Origin: an uncultured cyanobacterium
GTDB taxonomy: Bacteria > Cyanobacteriota > Cyanobacteriia > Leptolyngbyales > Leptolyngbyaceae
Length of the DNA: 31,390 nucleotides
Direction: 5' to 3'
Assembly (NCBI GenBank): GCA_963766075.1
Contig: CAVYAN010000069.1
Location: 1-31,390 of the forward strand
Under the pieces are notes generated by a model that saw nothing but the letters and a program-made list of their open reading frames with translations, ran no database searches and was not told the DNA's origin. The number at the start of each line of letters is the position of its first letter. The stretch's first letter is position 1. The position numbers were made by a program, and so were the translations under genes. Of this stretch, positions 30,717-31,390 are shown one piece after another.

Positions 30717-31390
30717 TTAGGCATCATCCTGGGGTCGCGTATCGGCAGGACCCAGTTCAGAGCAAAGCGGTTCAGGTTCTGACTCCCCTGAAGCGATCGC
30801 TGATGGGTCAGACACTGCAACGATCAGGTCGCGCTTTCTACGGCCAAACTGGTCTACCCCCGCATGGGTCCACTCGTCCAGCACATCTTCTAACAGGGTG
30901 TGCCGTAGCCAAATCTGGGATACCACCGTCAGGGGAATCGCAAACGCCAACCCCAAAAAGCCAAAGACCGTGGCAAAAAACACCTGGGCCATCAGCGTAA
31001 TAGCAGGCAATAGCGATAGCTGCTGCGCCATCACATAGGGAGTTAACAAATTGCTTTCAAACTGTTGCACCAAAAAGTAGAGGATAAATACAGCAACGGG
31101 CTTCCACCACATCCCATCCACCAGGGAAATCGACATTGGCAGCACCACACTCAGCGTTGGCCCAATATTGGGAATAAAGTTAAGCAATCCGGCCAAGATC
31201 CCCTGGGCCAGGGCCGCTGGGACCCCAATAATCCACAATCCAATGGTGCTGAGAATAGCGACAACGCTCATACTAATCAGCGCCCCCACCATCCAACGCC
31301 CCAGAGCGATTTCGCATTCCTTCAAAATCTGATCAATCCGCCGCCGATAAAAAGACGGAAATAAGCGAATGAACACGCGGCGATAGGCCA
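30717..31390 (-). CDS. AI-2E family transporter (5' end outside the window)
   Basis: LFPSFYRRR, GLLNFIPNIGP, QQFESNLLTP, FGFLGLAFAIPL. Frame is open to the window edge. Confidence 0.9.
   Translation of the reverse strand, partial: AYRRVFIRLFPSFYRRRIDQILKECEIALGRWMVGALISMSVVAILSTIGLWIIGVPAALAQGILAGLLNFIPNIGPTLSVVLPMSISLVDGMWWKPVAVFILYFLVQQFESNLLTPYVMAQQLSLLPAITLMAQVFFATVFGFLGLAFAIPLTVVSQIWLRHTLLEDVLDEWTHAGVDQFGRRKRDLIVAVSDPSAIASGESEPEPLCSELGPADTRPQDDA

Overview
Cyanobacterial chromosomal segment, shown by abundant HIP1 GCGATCGC, the split rpoC1/rpoC2 and the hisD<>rpsT-tatD-rpoB-rpoC1-rpoC2 order. The left ~12 kb is accessory-like: the end of a beta-propeller gene, a GT-C (ArnT/PMT-like) glycosyltransferase, an unannotated promoter + structured leader + ~70-aa ORF module, a membrane NACHT NTPase with 12-nt repeat tracts, an aldo/keto reductase, a BCD/PucC MFS transporter and a PPIase + HlyB-type ABC exporter pair. 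Then come a 1-Cys peroxiredoxin, the core hisD/rpsT/tatD/rpo block, a cobalamin riboswitch with cobG-cobH-cobI, a CbbY-like HAD hydrolase and a partial AI-2E transporter. Five single-base frameshifts (small ORF, BCD twice, rpoC1, cobG) lie at short base runs and are most likely sequencing errors. The best candidate for an undescribed system is 2930-3439: a sigma70-like promoter and a ~215-nt leader that can fold into two mutually exclusive states (terminator + RBS-sequestering hairpin versus a perfect 15-bp antiterminator/anti-anti-SD helix), upstream of a small protein missing from the ORF track. Short 12/15-nt tandem duplications also recur in many unrelated genes. All calls come from reading the sequence; no searches or folding programs were run.
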